From a virus (Duplodnaviria; Heunggongvirae; Uroviricota; Caudoviricetes), in the IMG/VR virus record IMGVR_UViG_3300017971_000191: a stretch of 64,000 bases of DNA; one strand, written 5' to 3'. Position 1 is the stretch's first letter. Every line of letters starts with the position of its first letter. The notes under the pieces are model-generated. The model did no database searches. It had not been told where the DNA came from and saw only the letters and a program-made list of their open reading frames with translations. The position numbers and the translations under genes were made by a program. Of the stretch, positions 25,097 through 35,114 are shown piece after piece.

Positions 25097-25546
25097 CTAC
25101 GCGCCCTCCGATTCCGAATCTCCTGTGGGCGGCGCGCTGGGGACCCACACTGTCTCTTCGAGCTGAAGGTTGGAGAACCACGAGGCGGCCTCCGCCAGGA
25201 TCTCGGCCTCCGTCTGGATGATCTCCCACACCTCTGCGGCCTCGGTGGGGTTGCGGAAGTCGTGCTCCATGTAGTTGAGGCGGTAGTAGGGCCACATCCG
25301 CTGGGGATTGGGCTCCCCGGCCGGGATGTCGGCGATGTCCGCCGGACCGCAGACGGCATGGAACAGGTCGAGCCGGTTCTCGGTGTACGGATTCACCGGC
25401 TCGCGGGAGTAGATGAAGATGTAGGGATCGAGGTCGTCTCCCTGGACTTCGTCGCACTCGATACGCATCCGCAGGGCCCCATAGTACCAGAAGTTGACAC
25501 GCTGGGCCTCGTAGCGGAGTAGCTTGATTCGGCGTGTTGTTGACAT
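25097..25546 (-). CDS. Hypothetical protein
   Basis: 149-aa ORF with phage-like codon bias. Confidence 0.75.
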   Translation of the reverse strand: MSTTRRIKLLRYEAQRVNFWYYGALRMRIECDEVQGDDLDPYIFIYSREPVNPYTENRLDLFHAVCGPADIADIPAGEPNPQRMWPYYRLNYMEHDFRNPTEAAEVWEIIQTEAEILAEAASWFSNLQLEETVWVPSAPPTGDSESEGA

Positions 25547-25610
25547 CCTTGTCCCACCTTCCTGTAGCGTCCCTGTCCTGACCTATGATACCCGGAGCCG
25601 GGGAGGAGCC

Positions 25611-27758
25611 TCAAGCTGGCTTTAACTGAGCCGCCGGCGGCTTGTACTTCCTACGGAACTGCTGCGTCGGCGGTACCCACGGAAAGCTCTCCTCGTAGCC
25701 CCCGACACGCCGTCCACCGGCTTCCTTGGGCGGTGTGGCCACGAAGATCTTGTCCTTGTTGAACATCTTAATCTGGAAGCCGGCCTGGGTGACCTGGCAA
25801 CCGATCGTGATGTCCCCACCGTTGTGGCCCAGGCGAACGTCGGGGATGTCGCCCATCCGGATCGCGTCGGCCCCGATGGCCCAGAACCATCCCGGCACGA
25901 AGTCGATGCAGCTCCCGTTGGGTCCCCGCCGCTCGCCGCCGCGGAGCCGGAAGTGGACGCCCTTATGCCAGGGCGCCTCCCGAAACCACTGCTCCGGCTT
26001 GTGACCGTTCTTGCGGTAACGAGTCAGGTCGTGATAGCACTTGATCCCATAGAGCCGGCACCCCCGCTTGTGGTTGGCGATGATCGTCTCCGCCAGCCGG
26101 TTGAGCCAGCGGGGATCGACCACGTAGGCGTCGTCGTCGAACCAGATTGCGTAGGGCGTGCGGATCGGCGCCGTAGGGTCGTGAAACATCTGCCGCATCA
26201 CCGGATACTTCAGGTCGTTCGACTTGTGCGGGTAGAAGTGGTCCGGCTTGATGTCGTCGAGGTAGTTGAGCGTGTCCTGGCAGGCCTCGTTGGTGGCCAC
26301 CCGCAAGTCGATGCGATCGCGGTCGACAGTGCTGAGCACGCTGTCCAGGCAGCGGCGGGCCAGACCGGGATGCGGGCCGTAGCAGAGGACGAACATCGTC
26401 ATCCGGCCGCCGATAATCGGATTGTCGAGGATCTCCAACTTGCGGGAGATCTTCTTGGGGCCGCGACGGTCGATCTCCGAAGGCGGCACCGTCTGACTCG
26501 GCCGCTGCTGCTTCGGAGGCAAGGAAGGCCCGCGTAACAACCGCGGCTCGTCATCGGACGGCGCGATGTGGCGGATTTTGACCTTGGGGATGACGATGTC
26601 CGGCGGCGGAGGGCTGACGTTGGGCTGTGGCATGGGCGACGAGGGTCCTTTCTCAAAAGCGGTTTTGAGATCTTCGTGACTGTTGTCGGGCGCAGGCTCC
26701 TCGATCGGCGTCTGCCGGTACTTCCCGGTCGGTTTGCCGATCGGAGGAAGGATGCCACCCTCGTAGTAGGACATAACGGCCTCCACCACATGATCTGTCT
26801 GAATCTTGTCCATGCAAGCGGCGATGGACTGCTCTTTGCCACGAATCGGGTCCCGGCACAACTTGCCGCTATCCTTGCCAAGATCGTCGGGAGAGATCGG
26901 GACCGTTCGTTTCCGCCAACAACCGCGCTCCTTACAGCAGTCGAGTTGCCCCATAGTATGCAAGAATTGGTGCTCCACGACCACAGGTTTGCAATCAGGA
27001 CCGAAGGTTCCCAGGCCATTGACGTAGGCCTCGAAGTGCGGCCCCTCCCTGCCGCCCGAGAGAACCACGCAAGGCTTGTTGAAGCAGGCGGCGATGTGCA
27101 TGGCGCCGGTGACTGGGCAGATGACTCCTTCCGAATGGAGGATGAGATTGAACAGGTCTCGGACGTTGTCCGTCTTCCCCACCATGTTGAAGACGTTCTC
27201 CAGCGGCGGATGGACGTTGTTGTTGTGAGTCGCTCCCACCTGGACGAATCGCAGACCGTACGGCCGTAGACGGTTGACTACCTCCTGGTAACGATGGACC
27301 CACCAGTGCTTGTTGGTCAGGTCGAGTTTCCCGCCGGCGACGATGACCCAGTACCGACCACCGATCCGCCGTCGTCGCTCGTCCGGTGTAAGATGGAGAT
27401 CCCCGTGGGGTTCGGTGCAAGGTACTTTCAACCCGGTCTTCATCTGAAGATCGTAGTGATACCAGGCGACGATGTGCGTCGGCTTCCGTTCGTTGTTGGG
27501 GTACTCCGCCATGCCGTCCCAGGTGATCGCCTTGCCCCACGCGATCTCGACGAGCTGCGGCCTGGGGTCGGTGAGGTTCCGGTTCAGCTTGACGACGTGC
27601 GGATTGTTCCACCAGACGGGGGTCCAGTGGGTATCGACCATGATCTCGTACTGATTGGGATAAGCCCGGTGGATGTCCCGGACCAGGCCCGTCATCAGCA
27701 CAGTATCCCCCAGAGCCCAAGTATGCTTGAGGATGAGACGGTGCTTACGGGTTGGCAT
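25611..27758 (-). CDS. Bifunctional glycosyltransferase (GT9 heptosyltransferase-like + GT-A/GT2-like)
   Basis: ALGD.VL.T.LVRDI...YP, W...RYQEVV, GKT..RDL..LI..S.GVI..VTG.MH.AA; Pro-rich linker; second domain L..CL.S, W.DDD (DxD-like), GHNGGD; start MPTRKH at 27758. Confidence 0.85.
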   Translation of the reverse strand: MPTRKHRLILKHTWALGDTVLMTGLVRDIHRAYPNQYEIMVDTHWTPVWWNNPHVVKLNRNLTDPRPQLVEIAWGKAITWDGMAEYPNNERKPTHIVAWYHYDLQMKTGLKVPCTEPHGDLHLTPDERRRRIGGRYWVIVAGGKLDLTNKHWWVHRYQEVVNRLRPYGLRFVQVGATHNNNVHPPLENVFNMVGKTDNVRDLFNLILHSEGVICPVTGAMHIAACFNKPCVVLSGGREGPHFEAYVNGLGTFGPDCKPVVVEHQFLHTMGQLDCCKERGCWRKRTVPISPDDLGKDSGKLCRDPIRGKEQSIAACMDKIQTDHVVEAVMSYYEGGILPPIGKPTGKYRQTPIEEPAPDNSHEDLKTAFEKGPSSPMPQPNVSPPPPDIVIPKVKIRHIAPSDDEPRLLRGPSLPPKQQRPSQTVPPSEIDRRGPKKISRKLEILDNPIIGGRMTMFVLCYGPHPGLARRCLDSVLSTVDRDRIDLRVATNEACQDTLNYLDDIKPDHFYPHKSNDLKYPVMRQMFHDPTAPIRTPYAIWFDDDAYVVDPRWLNRLAETIIANHKRGCRLYGIKCYHDLTRYRKNGHKPEQWFREAPWHKGVHFRLRGGERRGPNGSCIDFVPGWFWAIGADAIRMGDIPDVRLGHNGGDITIGCQVTQAGFQIKMFNKDKIFVATPPKEAGGRRVGGYEESFPWVPPTQQFRRKYKPPAAQLKPA
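26652..26669. promoter_or_regulatory. 18-bp palindromic site 2
   Basis: (T)CTCAAAAGCGGTTTTGAG(A), inside the glycosyltransferase CDS (CTC AAA ACC GCT TTT GAG). Confidence 0.75.
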
Positions 27759-29958
27759 AGGCTGACGACCAGAACGCGGCGTTGCGCTCGGCTTGCTCCT
27801 TCGTGAACTTCGGGAATCGCTGACCGGCACGGCCGCGGCGGATTCCCGACACCGTGACGTTCACCACCACAGGCGGATAGGACCCCAGCCAAGGACGAGT
27901 GAGCGTCAGCTCGTCGTTCAGGATCTCGGCTCCCAGCAGAATCGGCTGGTTGGGGACCAGGCCCGTGACCCGAATGGTATCCGGTTCGCAGACTTCATAG
28001 AAGCGCGGATCGAGGCGAGTCGTAGCTTGCATCTCTCCGGCCGGGATGTGAACGGCGAGGATGTCTGCGAAAACCGGAGATGGTTGCTCCGTGCAAGACA
28101 GGCCGACCCAGCCATCTTGCACCTTGACGATGGCGTACTTGTCGCCGTCCGAGCCTGCGGGTCCCTCGGGTCCTTGAGGTCCTGTGGGTCCTTGAGGTCC
28201 CTCCGGTCCTTGGGGACCCTGAGGACCCTGTTGGAGACAATCCGTGTCGAAGTCGATCTGCGCCGAAATCGTGTACTCGCACGGCGTCTCCTTCTGAACG
28301 TCGATTGAGCCGCTGATGCAGGTCCCGGTGACCGGGCCGCCGTTGATCTGCACGCAAGGGAACTGCACCTGGATCTGAACGTCGAACTCGCAGTCCTGGG
28401 GATCGTCGGGATTCTGCTCCTCGATCGTCATCGTCAGCGACTGGTTGCCCCACTGGACCTCTTCCGTGTCGGCCTGCACCTCCTGCGGGAACTGCGGGCA
28501 TACGATCGGGAAGCTGACGTCCACCTCCATGTCGAACTCGCACTCTTCTTCGCCGGACTGGCAAGACTGCGGGTTGGTGATTTGGATCGTCAGTTGCTCT
28601 TCACCGGGCGAGACGAGCTGGGTTGTGGCCTGTACGCTCTGCGGAAACTGCGGACAGGGCATGATGAAATCACCCTGAACGTCGAACTCGAAGCCGCACG
28701 GGTCGGTTGGCGTGATGGAGAAGCAGAGCTGCTGATTACACGGGAGCTGGATACACTGCGAGTATTGGGGGAACTGCGGGCAGGGGAACTGAACATCGAC
28801 GTCCACGTCGAAGTCGCACTCCTCCTGGCCGGACTGACAGGATTGCGGATTGGTGAACTGGATCGTCAGCGACTCGTTCCCGATCGTGACGATCTCCGTC
28901 TCGGCCTGCACGCTCTGGGGGAACTGCGGACAGGGCATGATGAACTCACCCTGAACGTCGAACTCGAAGCCACACGGGTCAGTGGGGGTCATCGAGAAGC
29001 AGAGCTGCTGATTGCACGGGAGCTGGATGCACTGTGAGTATTGCGGAAACTGAGGGCAAGGGAAGTCGACGTCGACGTCCACGTCGAAGTCGCACTCCTC
29101 CTGGCCGGACTGGCAAGACTGCGGGTTGGTGAACTGGATCGTCAGCTTCTCGCTGCCGATGGGGACGATCTCCGTCTGTGCATCCACGCTCTGAGGGAAT
29201 TGCGGACAGGGCATGATGAACTCGCCCTGAACGTCGAACTCGAAGCCGCACGGCTCCGTGGGAGTCATCGAGAAGCAGATCTGCTGGTTGCAGGGAAGCT
29301 GGACGCACTGCGAGTATTGGGGGAACTGCGGGCAGGGGAAGCCAATGTCGATCTCGAAGTCGAAGTCGCACTTGTCCTCTTCTTCCTCTCCGCAGTGACT
29401 GTCGAAGGTGATCGTCAGATACTCCTCGCCGATCGCGACGATCTCGGTGTCCGCCGAGTCCTCTCCCTGCGGGAACTGAGGGCAGGGGAAGTCGACGTCC
29501 ATCTGCAACTCGAAGCCGCACTGCTGGACCTCGGGGTCGGGGTCCTTGCAGAGGTCGATGAACTTGAAACGGAGCTGTTCGTCTCCCTTGCAGACGATAT
29601 TCGTGGTGGCCTCCTGCCAGGTATCGTGCTGGGGCCATACCGGGCAAGGGACCTCCATCTCCATGTCGATGTCGAGATCGAAACCGCAGCACTCGGTGGG
29701 ATAGAACGTCAACCAGATCTTGGCATAGCCGTCCCGCTGGCAATCAAGTTCAACGTCCGTCTGTGCGCTGTACACACCCTGCGGGAACTGCGGGCAGGGA
29801 ATCTCCGGCGGCGGAGGGATGATCGGCGTGGGCATGCAGTCGTCGATCGGGTCCGGCGATTGAGGAACCTGCGTGTCCTGGAACCAGTTCGCCTGCGGGA
29901 TCGGCTGGACTGCCTCGATCTCACATTTCGTGATGTCAAAGACGTAAGGGAGGGACAT
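27745..29958 (-). CDS. Tail-fibre-like protein: Cys-rich repeats + collagen segment + C-terminal domain
   Basis: Nine CPQFPQ modules plus CPVWPQ; (GPQ/GPE/GPT)n; last gene of the distal tail cluster; start MSLPYV at 29958. Confidence 0.7.
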   Translation of the reverse strand: MSLPYVFDITKCEIEAVQPIPQANWFQDTQVPQSPDPIDDCMPTPIIPPPPEIPCPQFPQGVYSAQTDVELDCQRDGYAKIWLTFYPTECCGFDLDIDMEMEVPCPVWPQHDTWQEATTNIVCKGDEQLRFKFIDLCKDPDPEVQQCGFELQMDVDFPCPQFPQGEDSADTEIVAIGEEYLTITFDSHCGEEEEDKCDFDFEIDIGFPCPQFPQYSQCVQLPCNQQICFSMTPTEPCGFEFDVQGEFIMPCPQFPQSVDAQTEIVPIGSEKLTIQFTNPQSCQSGQEECDFDVDVDVDFPCPQFPQYSQCIQLPCNQQLCFSMTPTDPCGFEFDVQGEFIMPCPQFPQSVQAETEIVTIGNESLTIQFTNPQSCQSGQEECDFDVDVDVQFPCPQFPQYSQCIQLPCNQQLCFSITPTDPCGFEFDVQGDFIMPCPQFPQSVQATTQLVSPGEEQLTIQITNPQSCQSGEEECEFDMEVDVSFPIVCPQFPQEVQADTEEVQWGNQSLTMTIEEQNPDDPQDCEFDVQIQVQFPCVQINGGPVTGTCISGSIDVQKETPCEYTISAQIDFDTDCLQQGPQGPQGPEGPQGPTGPQGPEGPAGSDGDKYAIVKVQDGWVGLSCTEQPSPVFADILAVHIPAGEMQATTRLDPRFYEVCEPDTIRVTGLVPNQPILLGAEILNDELTLTRPWLGSYPPVVVNVTVSGIRRGRAGQRFPKFTKEQAERNAAFWSSAYANP
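28507..29334 (-). repeat. Three tandem 276-bp (92-aa) intragenic repeats
   Basis: Marker GTCGAACTCGAAGCC at 28681, 28957 and 29233 (276-bp period). Confidence 0.95.
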
Positions 29959-29965
29959 CCGTGTA

Positions 29966-30988
29966 CTACTCCGAAATCTGGGAGAAGTCACTGTACCAAC
30001 AAACCGACAGTCCCACCATGTTGACGTTGACTCTTACACGGTGAAGCTCAGGCTCAGAGACGACTGAGACCCCCTGGCCGCCGATGATCTGATAGAACGG
30101 CCCGCCTTGCCCGTTGATCGAACGTAGAACCTCGTTGCACAGCAAGCCGCCAGCCAGCAGGTCGTTGCTGGCGCCGGTCGGCGGGGTCTCTCCGGTGAAG
30201 ACGGGGACCTCTTCGCACGGCTCCCCTTCTCCGGCCCCGCGGCGAGCCCCGATGACAATCCGGCTGTAGGCGTCCCGCTGGAAGATCTCGCAGTTGTAGC
30301 CCGGCTTGAGCCGTACGTCGCCCTGGACGCACCGCTGCCCGGGGTAGATGATTCCCGTCTCGTACGGCCAGACGGGATCGTCGCAGCCCTCGGGGGCCGT
30401 GCAGCGGGTCCTGTCGGCATTAGCCACGTCCAGGGCCGTGAGGACCGTACCGTTGAGGTTCTGAAGCAACCCCGGCTCCACCTGGGCCGCGTCTCCGGCC
30501 ACGTGCTGGACGATGGCGTCTCCAGGGTCCAGGCGGGCGGCGATCGAGGCCATCGAACCGGTGACCAAGTAGCCGGTCCAAGCCGGCTCGTCGCAGGCGG
30601 AGGGGTCTTCCTCGGAAGCGGACGTCTCCGACTCCGATTGGCTACTGTAGCTGTTGTCGCGGAGGTCGATCTCGACATGCTCGACGGTGTAGTCCTCGTC
30701 GTCGACGCTCCGGCTGAAGATCATCGGCTTGAGCGACGGTACGACGGTCGCGCGGAACGTGAAGAACACCACATCTCCGATCCGCTCGATCCGCGTGAGC
30801 TTCACCCCGTGGTCCTCGGTGGAGAACTCCGACTCGGAGCCGAGGTGGAACCCGGCGTCGACGATCCAGTCGTGCGGGATCTGCTCCATCGTCAGCGGCC
30901 CGCTCTCGGGAGTCTCCACGCCCGTCGTTCCCTTGAGGAACGGGAAGCAGCGGTTCTGGTTCTGGTTGTACCAGTTGGCCTGGGCCAT
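29966..30988 (-). CDS. Distal tail/baseplate paralog 5
   Basis: WYNQNQNRCFPF N-terminal motif; LRSING motif; Cys-rich C-terminus. Confidence 0.7.
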   Translation of the reverse strand: MAQANWYNQNQNRCFPFLKGTTGVETPESGPLTMEQIPHDWIVDAGFHLGSESEFSTEDHGVKLTRIERIGDVVFFTFRATVVPSLKPMIFSRSVDDEDYTVEHVEIDLRDNSYSSQSESETSASEEDPSACDEPAWTGYLVTGSMASIAARLDPGDAIVQHVAGDAAQVEPGLLQNLNGTVLTALDVANADRTRCTAPEGCDDPVWPYETGIIYPGQRCVQGDVRLKPGYNCEIFQRDAYSRIVIGARRGAGEGEPCEEVPVFTGETPPTGASNDLLAGGLLCNEVLRSINGQGGPFYQIIGGQGVSVVSEPELHRVRVNVNMVGLSVCWYSDFSQISE

Positions 30989-30997
30989 GACTCCCTC

Positions 30998-31831
30998 CTA
31001 CTGATTGGCCGTGCCGAGCATCGTGTTGCTGCCAGCCACCTCGATCAACAAACCGTCTTCCGTCTGGCGGATGCGCAATGCTGCCGTATCCGACATCTCG
31101 TCGTTGCCTTGGATGGTGATGTTGCCGTACTCGTTGGGGTCGCACTCGAAGACTTGGAACTCGTCCCGGAAGCGAATCTTGCGGACCGGGTTGGGCGTCT
31201 CGAACAGGTCCGGCTCGCACAGCCGGCGACGGAACAGGGGATCGCCGACGATGTCGATGCGGATGACCGAGAGGTCGCGAGGCGAACGGTTGCAGTTGCC
31301 CTCGTCGGTGTTCTCCTCATAGCGGACCACCACACCGTCGTCTCCCAGGAACCAGACCCGGCCGGTGACCAGGGTCCCGTCTTCCAGGAGGATGCCGCGG
31401 ACGCCGATCGCCGGCTGGGGCATGCAGCAGGTGGCCGCAAACTCCGTCTGCTCGACGGTGAAGCGGTGGATGCCGGTGCCCCACGACTGGAACAGCGCGA
31501 TCCGCTGCGGCTCGGTGACGAGGATGCCTGCCGGCCGCTCGTAGGAGTCCGCCAGGGAGATCTTCGACGGCGGATCTGCCGGGTCGAAGGAGCCCCAGCA
31601 GCGATCCTCCTCCCAGCGGTCCCCCACGTAGACGGTGACGGCCTCGTGGTCCACGTTGACGTGGGAGAGGAAGAGACGGTCCTCGGCTCCGATCGGGTAG
31701 AGGTGGGCGTCCAGGAGCGTCGTGTTGCTGATCGTGTTGCCCAGCTCGTTGCGCAGCGTGGCCCGCTCGGCGAAGGGATACTTCGTCTGTTCGAGCTGGT
31801 CTCGGAACTCGGGGAACAGGATACGGGTCAC
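30998..31831 (-). CDS. Distal tail/baseplate paralog 4
   Basis: EFRDQLEQTKYPF; DPNEYGNITI motif. Confidence 0.7.
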   Translation of the reverse strand: MTRILFPEFRDQLEQTKYPFAERATLRNELGNTISNTTLLDAHLYPIGAEDRLFLSHVNVDHEAVTVYVGDRWEEDRCWGSFDPADPPSKISLADSYERPAGILVTEPQRIALFQSWGTGIHRFTVEQTEFAATCCMPQPAIGVRGILLEDGTLVTGRVWFLGDDGVVVRYEENTDEGNCNRSPRDLSVIRIDIVGDPLFRRRLCEPDLFETPNPVRKIRFRDEFQVFECDPNEYGNITIQGNDEMSDTAALRIRQTEDGLLIEVAGSNTMLGTANQ

Positions 31832-33450
31832 GGTTGCTCCTCCAGGCGGAAGAACGAAAAGCGGGAATGGCTCCGGTTGGCAATGAAGCCGAAGTAGCCC
31901 ACGTCGGGATAGTAGTTGTTGACGTACACCGGCCCGATGACGACGTCGATCGGCACCGCCACGCCGGCCGGCGGGTCCAGGTCTTCCAGGGTGAGCGTGA
32001 TGCCCACCGTCTGCTCAGTGTGCGGTCTGACGGTGGCGGTCATCCGGTACCAGTGGTTCAGCCGGATACCGGGCACGACGGTGGTGGCCGTGTCCAGGTC
32101 GCTTACACCGTTGTAGCGAGTCAGGCGAAAGACCTGGGAGTCGTAGTCGATCACGGCGTAGTGGTAGACGTTGCGATCCGGATATGAAGCATGCGGCCGG
32201 TAGTTGATGACGATGCCGCCGTTGTGTTTGCTGCCATCCGGGCCGCTCGCCAGGAGCACGTCGGCGGTGACCTTGCGGAACATGGTCGTCACGTCGAAGC
32301 CTGCCCACACGGAGACGTTCCGCACGCCGGCGCTGGCGGCGCCCTCGGTGGCGTAGGAGACACGGTTCTCCGGTTCGCTCTCGTCCGGGCACAGCTCGTC
32401 CGGCGAGTAGTCGCTGACGAACATGAACTGCCCCTCCCGGACGAGGAAGTAGCCGGCCCCGTCCGAGAAGCAGGTGGTGTAGGGAAGCTCCCCGATGGAG
32501 ACGATGGCCTCGGAGATGCTGGGGTCGTCCGGGATGGGTTCGTCGGGGACGTCGGCGGCGATGTTGTAGGTGTCGTACTCGCTGGGCAGCAAGCCCTGAT
32601 GGTTGGGCAGGAACGGCGGCAGGCAGGTCTCCGTGAGCCCCATCATGCAGTCGACGTTGATCGAGCACTCCTCGACGTAGCGGCCAATCCAGGCGCAGCC
32701 CTCGAAGAGCACCTCCAGGACGCCGTCACAGTCCGGGGCCACGTTGTTGAAGAACTCGATCGGCTGCGGATCGGGACATGTCTGACTTTCGGGTCGCGGC
32801 GAGCAGGGACCGGCGAACTCCTTGAACACGGTGGACTCCACTCCGACCATCGTGGAGGGGTCGTCGACCAAGCGGATGACGATGCACTGCTCGGCCACGC
32901 CGTCGATCTCGCGGATCTCCCGGACGACCTCCACGGGAGGCTCGCCGTAGAGCTGGACCACGCCGGTCAGCTCCGACGCGGCGTGCAGCTTGGCCATGCT
33001 GGTAATCGGCAAGCTCCGCTCAGCCCGGGCGGCCCGGGGCGTCAGCAGGGTGGCGGCTGGCGAGGTGAATCGTCCCGTGTAGCTCCGCTCCACGCCGCTG
33101 CCGAAGACGATGAAGGCCCGAACCCCGGGGTAGAGGCTGTCCATGAGATACTGGCGGCCCTCGTCGATCTCGCCGCGCGTCAGGGAGATGGCTGCCAGGG
33201 GAGTGTACTCGTTGGCCGTGTTGTCCGGCGTGGTGGCCGCCTGGAGCATGACGGTGACGGCCCCGGCGGTGCAGGACACGGCGCTGATGAAGGCGTACTG
33301 CCCCAGCAAGCCCGGCCAGCGGACACGGAGGTCGGTGATGATGTTCTGAGGCAGACGCTCATCCTCGACCGACATGCAGCTTGCCGTCTCGTCGACCGGG
33401 TAGTCCCGGCCCTCGTTCAAGTTGTACCAGTGAGGATTCCTGACGCTCAC
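31828..33450 (-). CDS. Distal tail/baseplate paralog 3 with beta-sandwich C-terminal domain
   Basis: WYNLNEGRDYPV; FNNVAPDCDG motif; C-terminal ConA/laminin-G-like strand pattern. Confidence 0.7.
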   Translation of the reverse strand: MSVRNPHWYNLNEGRDYPVDETASCMSVEDERLPQNIITDLRVRWPGLLGQYAFISAVSCTAGAVTVMLQAATTPDNTANEYTPLAAISLTRGEIDEGRQYLMDSLYPGVRAFIVFGSGVERSYTGRFTSPAATLLTPRAARAERSLPITSMAKLHAASELTGVVQLYGEPPVEVVREIREIDGVAEQCIVIRLVDDPSTMVGVESTVFKEFAGPCSPRPESQTCPDPQPIEFFNNVAPDCDGVLEVLFEGCAWIGRYVEECSINVDCMMGLTETCLPPFLPNHQGLLPSEYDTYNIAADVPDEPIPDDPSISEAIVSIGELPYTTCFSDGAGYFLVREGQFMFVSDYSPDELCPDESEPENRVSYATEGAASAGVRNVSVWAGFDVTTMFRKVTADVLLASGPDGSKHNGGIVINYRPHASYPDRNVYHYAVIDYDSQVFRLTRYNGVSDLDTATTVVPGIRLNHWYRMTATVRPHTEQTVGITLTLEDLDPPAGVAVPIDVVIGPVYVNNYYPDVGYFGFIANRSHSRFSFFRLEEQP

Positions 33451-35105
33451 GATTCACTCTCTTCAGTGGCCTCGCACGTGCACATGTCGCAGTAGGCGTT
33501 GGTCGGGTTCATCGGGATCAGAGGAGCCTGTTTCATGGCCCGGATCGGCCAGGTCGGCTGACCCAGGGTACTGGCCTCCCAGAGCAGGTCCAGGTGGTCC
33601 GGGGTCTCGATCACCGGCACGAGGCACTCCTCGTTCTCGTCCTGCGTGATCAGCTCGTCGGGGTAGTGTGCGGTGACGGTGAACAGCATCGCCACCTGGT
33701 CCTCGGTGCACTCCGGCACGCAAACCCGGAAGGCGACTCGCGAGGTGTCCCCGGGGTTGGCATAATCGAACGTCGCCTCGAAGACGGGCCACTCTCCGGA
33801 GAAGGAGTATTCCTCCTCGCCCGTCCGATGCGGCGAGCCCTGGACCCTGGTCCTTCGACAATCGCCTCCGAGGATGACGCCCTCCTGGTTCCTGTAGGTC
33901 TGGAAGGTGAACCGCAGCGTCAACGGCACGATGCAGCAGCCGGTGACGTTGCAGTAGATGGCCCCGCCGGCAGCCTTGCACTCGTATTCGGGGAGGAACA
34001 GGACGGTGAAGGGGTCTCCCTCGCGGCAGGTCTTCTCCGCCAGCCAGCGAGCCTTGTTTCGGTTGAAGGCGTCCCGGGTGTCGTTCAACGTGTCGGCGAT
34101 AGCCTGGTGGAGGTTCCACTGCCGCTTGAGCCCCTTGTAGGTCCGCACGTAGTAGTCGCACTCGCAGCAGGCCAGGCAGTCGTTCTTGATCTCCAGGGCG
34201 GACATGGCCTCCTCGGCGGTCAAGCCAGCCTTGAGGAAGTTGAACCGCCGGGGCGTGCTCTGGGCCAGGTAGGCCGGCCGCTTGCTGCGGAGACAGCCCT
34301 CCACGTCGATGTTGATGTTGCCGGCGTCGTCGGGCTCTACGTCCCCGAAGTTCTTCACCACCGGCACCACCTCGTCGCAGCCGGGAACCTGGCCGATGCC
34401 GTCTCCAGCCTCGGCCGAGATGCCGATCTGGTTGATGACCCGCTCGCCGGTGACGAGCCGCTTGGTGGCGTAGACGTCGGCCAGCTCGTTGGCCAGGTCG
34501 GTCACGTCGATGTACTCGTCCGCGACGGTCCGCTCTCGGACGGTACAGTTGTAGCCGCTGTGCAGCTCGACATCGTCGTAGCGGAGGACCGTGTCCCCGA
34601 CGATCAACGAGGTGACGCTGGGGTTCCGCCGCAGAATGGTCCGTGGATCGAGACGTCCGTTGGTGGGGAAGATCTCGTGGTCGTACTCCACCGAGAGGCC
34701 GTCGTCGATGTCCTCTTGCTGCCAGGCGGTGTGGTAGACGACTCGCAGCACCCAGCGGTTCGTCCAGTCGACCCATTCGAGGATCTTCAGGCGGGTGCCC
34801 CAGGCGCGACTCTGGAAGGTGACGCCCTCGCCCCGGGTGTCGGCAACAACCGCGTCGTTGGCGTCCTTGAGCACCATGTCGTGGGTGTGCTCGTCCGCCG
34901 GATCGGCCACGTCGTCGAGGCCTCGCAGCCAGAAGACGTGGAAGGGCTGTGCCAGTTGGCAACGGGGATCGTCGTAGCTGAGGTAGAGATCGGAGAGGAG
35001 ATACTGGACGTCTGACGATGGCTCGACGAACGGGTAGCGGTTGCCGCCACCGGGCGGCTGGTTGATACTCGTCGGGACGCGACCCAGCGGATGTGCGACG
35101 GCCAT
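33447..35105 (-). CDS. Distal tail/baseplate paralog 2
   Basis: GGGNRYPF; KNFGDVEPDDAGNINI; CLACCECD followed by coiled coil. Confidence 0.7.
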   Translation of the reverse strand: MAVAHPLGRVPTSINQPPGGGNRYPFVEPSSDVQYLLSDLYLSYDDPRCQLAQPFHVFWLRGLDDVADPADEHTHDMVLKDANDAVVADTRGEGVTFQSRAWGTRLKILEWVDWTNRWVLRVVYHTAWQQEDIDDGLSVEYDHEIFPTNGRLDPRTILRRNPSVTSLIVGDTVLRYDDVELHSGYNCTVRERTVADEYIDVTDLANELADVYATKRLVTGERVINQIGISAEAGDGIGQVPGCDEVVPVVKNFGDVEPDDAGNINIDVEGCLRSKRPAYLAQSTPRRFNFLKAGLTAEEAMSALEIKNDCLACCECDYYVRTYKGLKRQWNLHQAIADTLNDTRDAFNRNKARWLAEKTCREGDPFTVLFLPEYECKAAGGAIYCNVTGCCIVPLTLRFTFQTYRNQEGVILGGDCRRTRVQGSPHRTGEEEYSFSGEWPVFEATFDYANPGDTSRVAFRVCVPECTEDQVAMLFTVTAHYPDELITQDENEECLVPVIETPDHLDLLWEASTLGQPTWPIRAMKQAPLIPMNPTNAYCDMCTCEATEESES

Positions 35106-35114
35106 CTTGATTCC

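Noticed and set aside
28507-29334. Regular repeats as a CRISPR array or DGR template/variable pair
   Set aside because: In-frame 276-bp coding repeats without unique spacers; no cas or reverse transcriptase gene; differences are not adenine-specific
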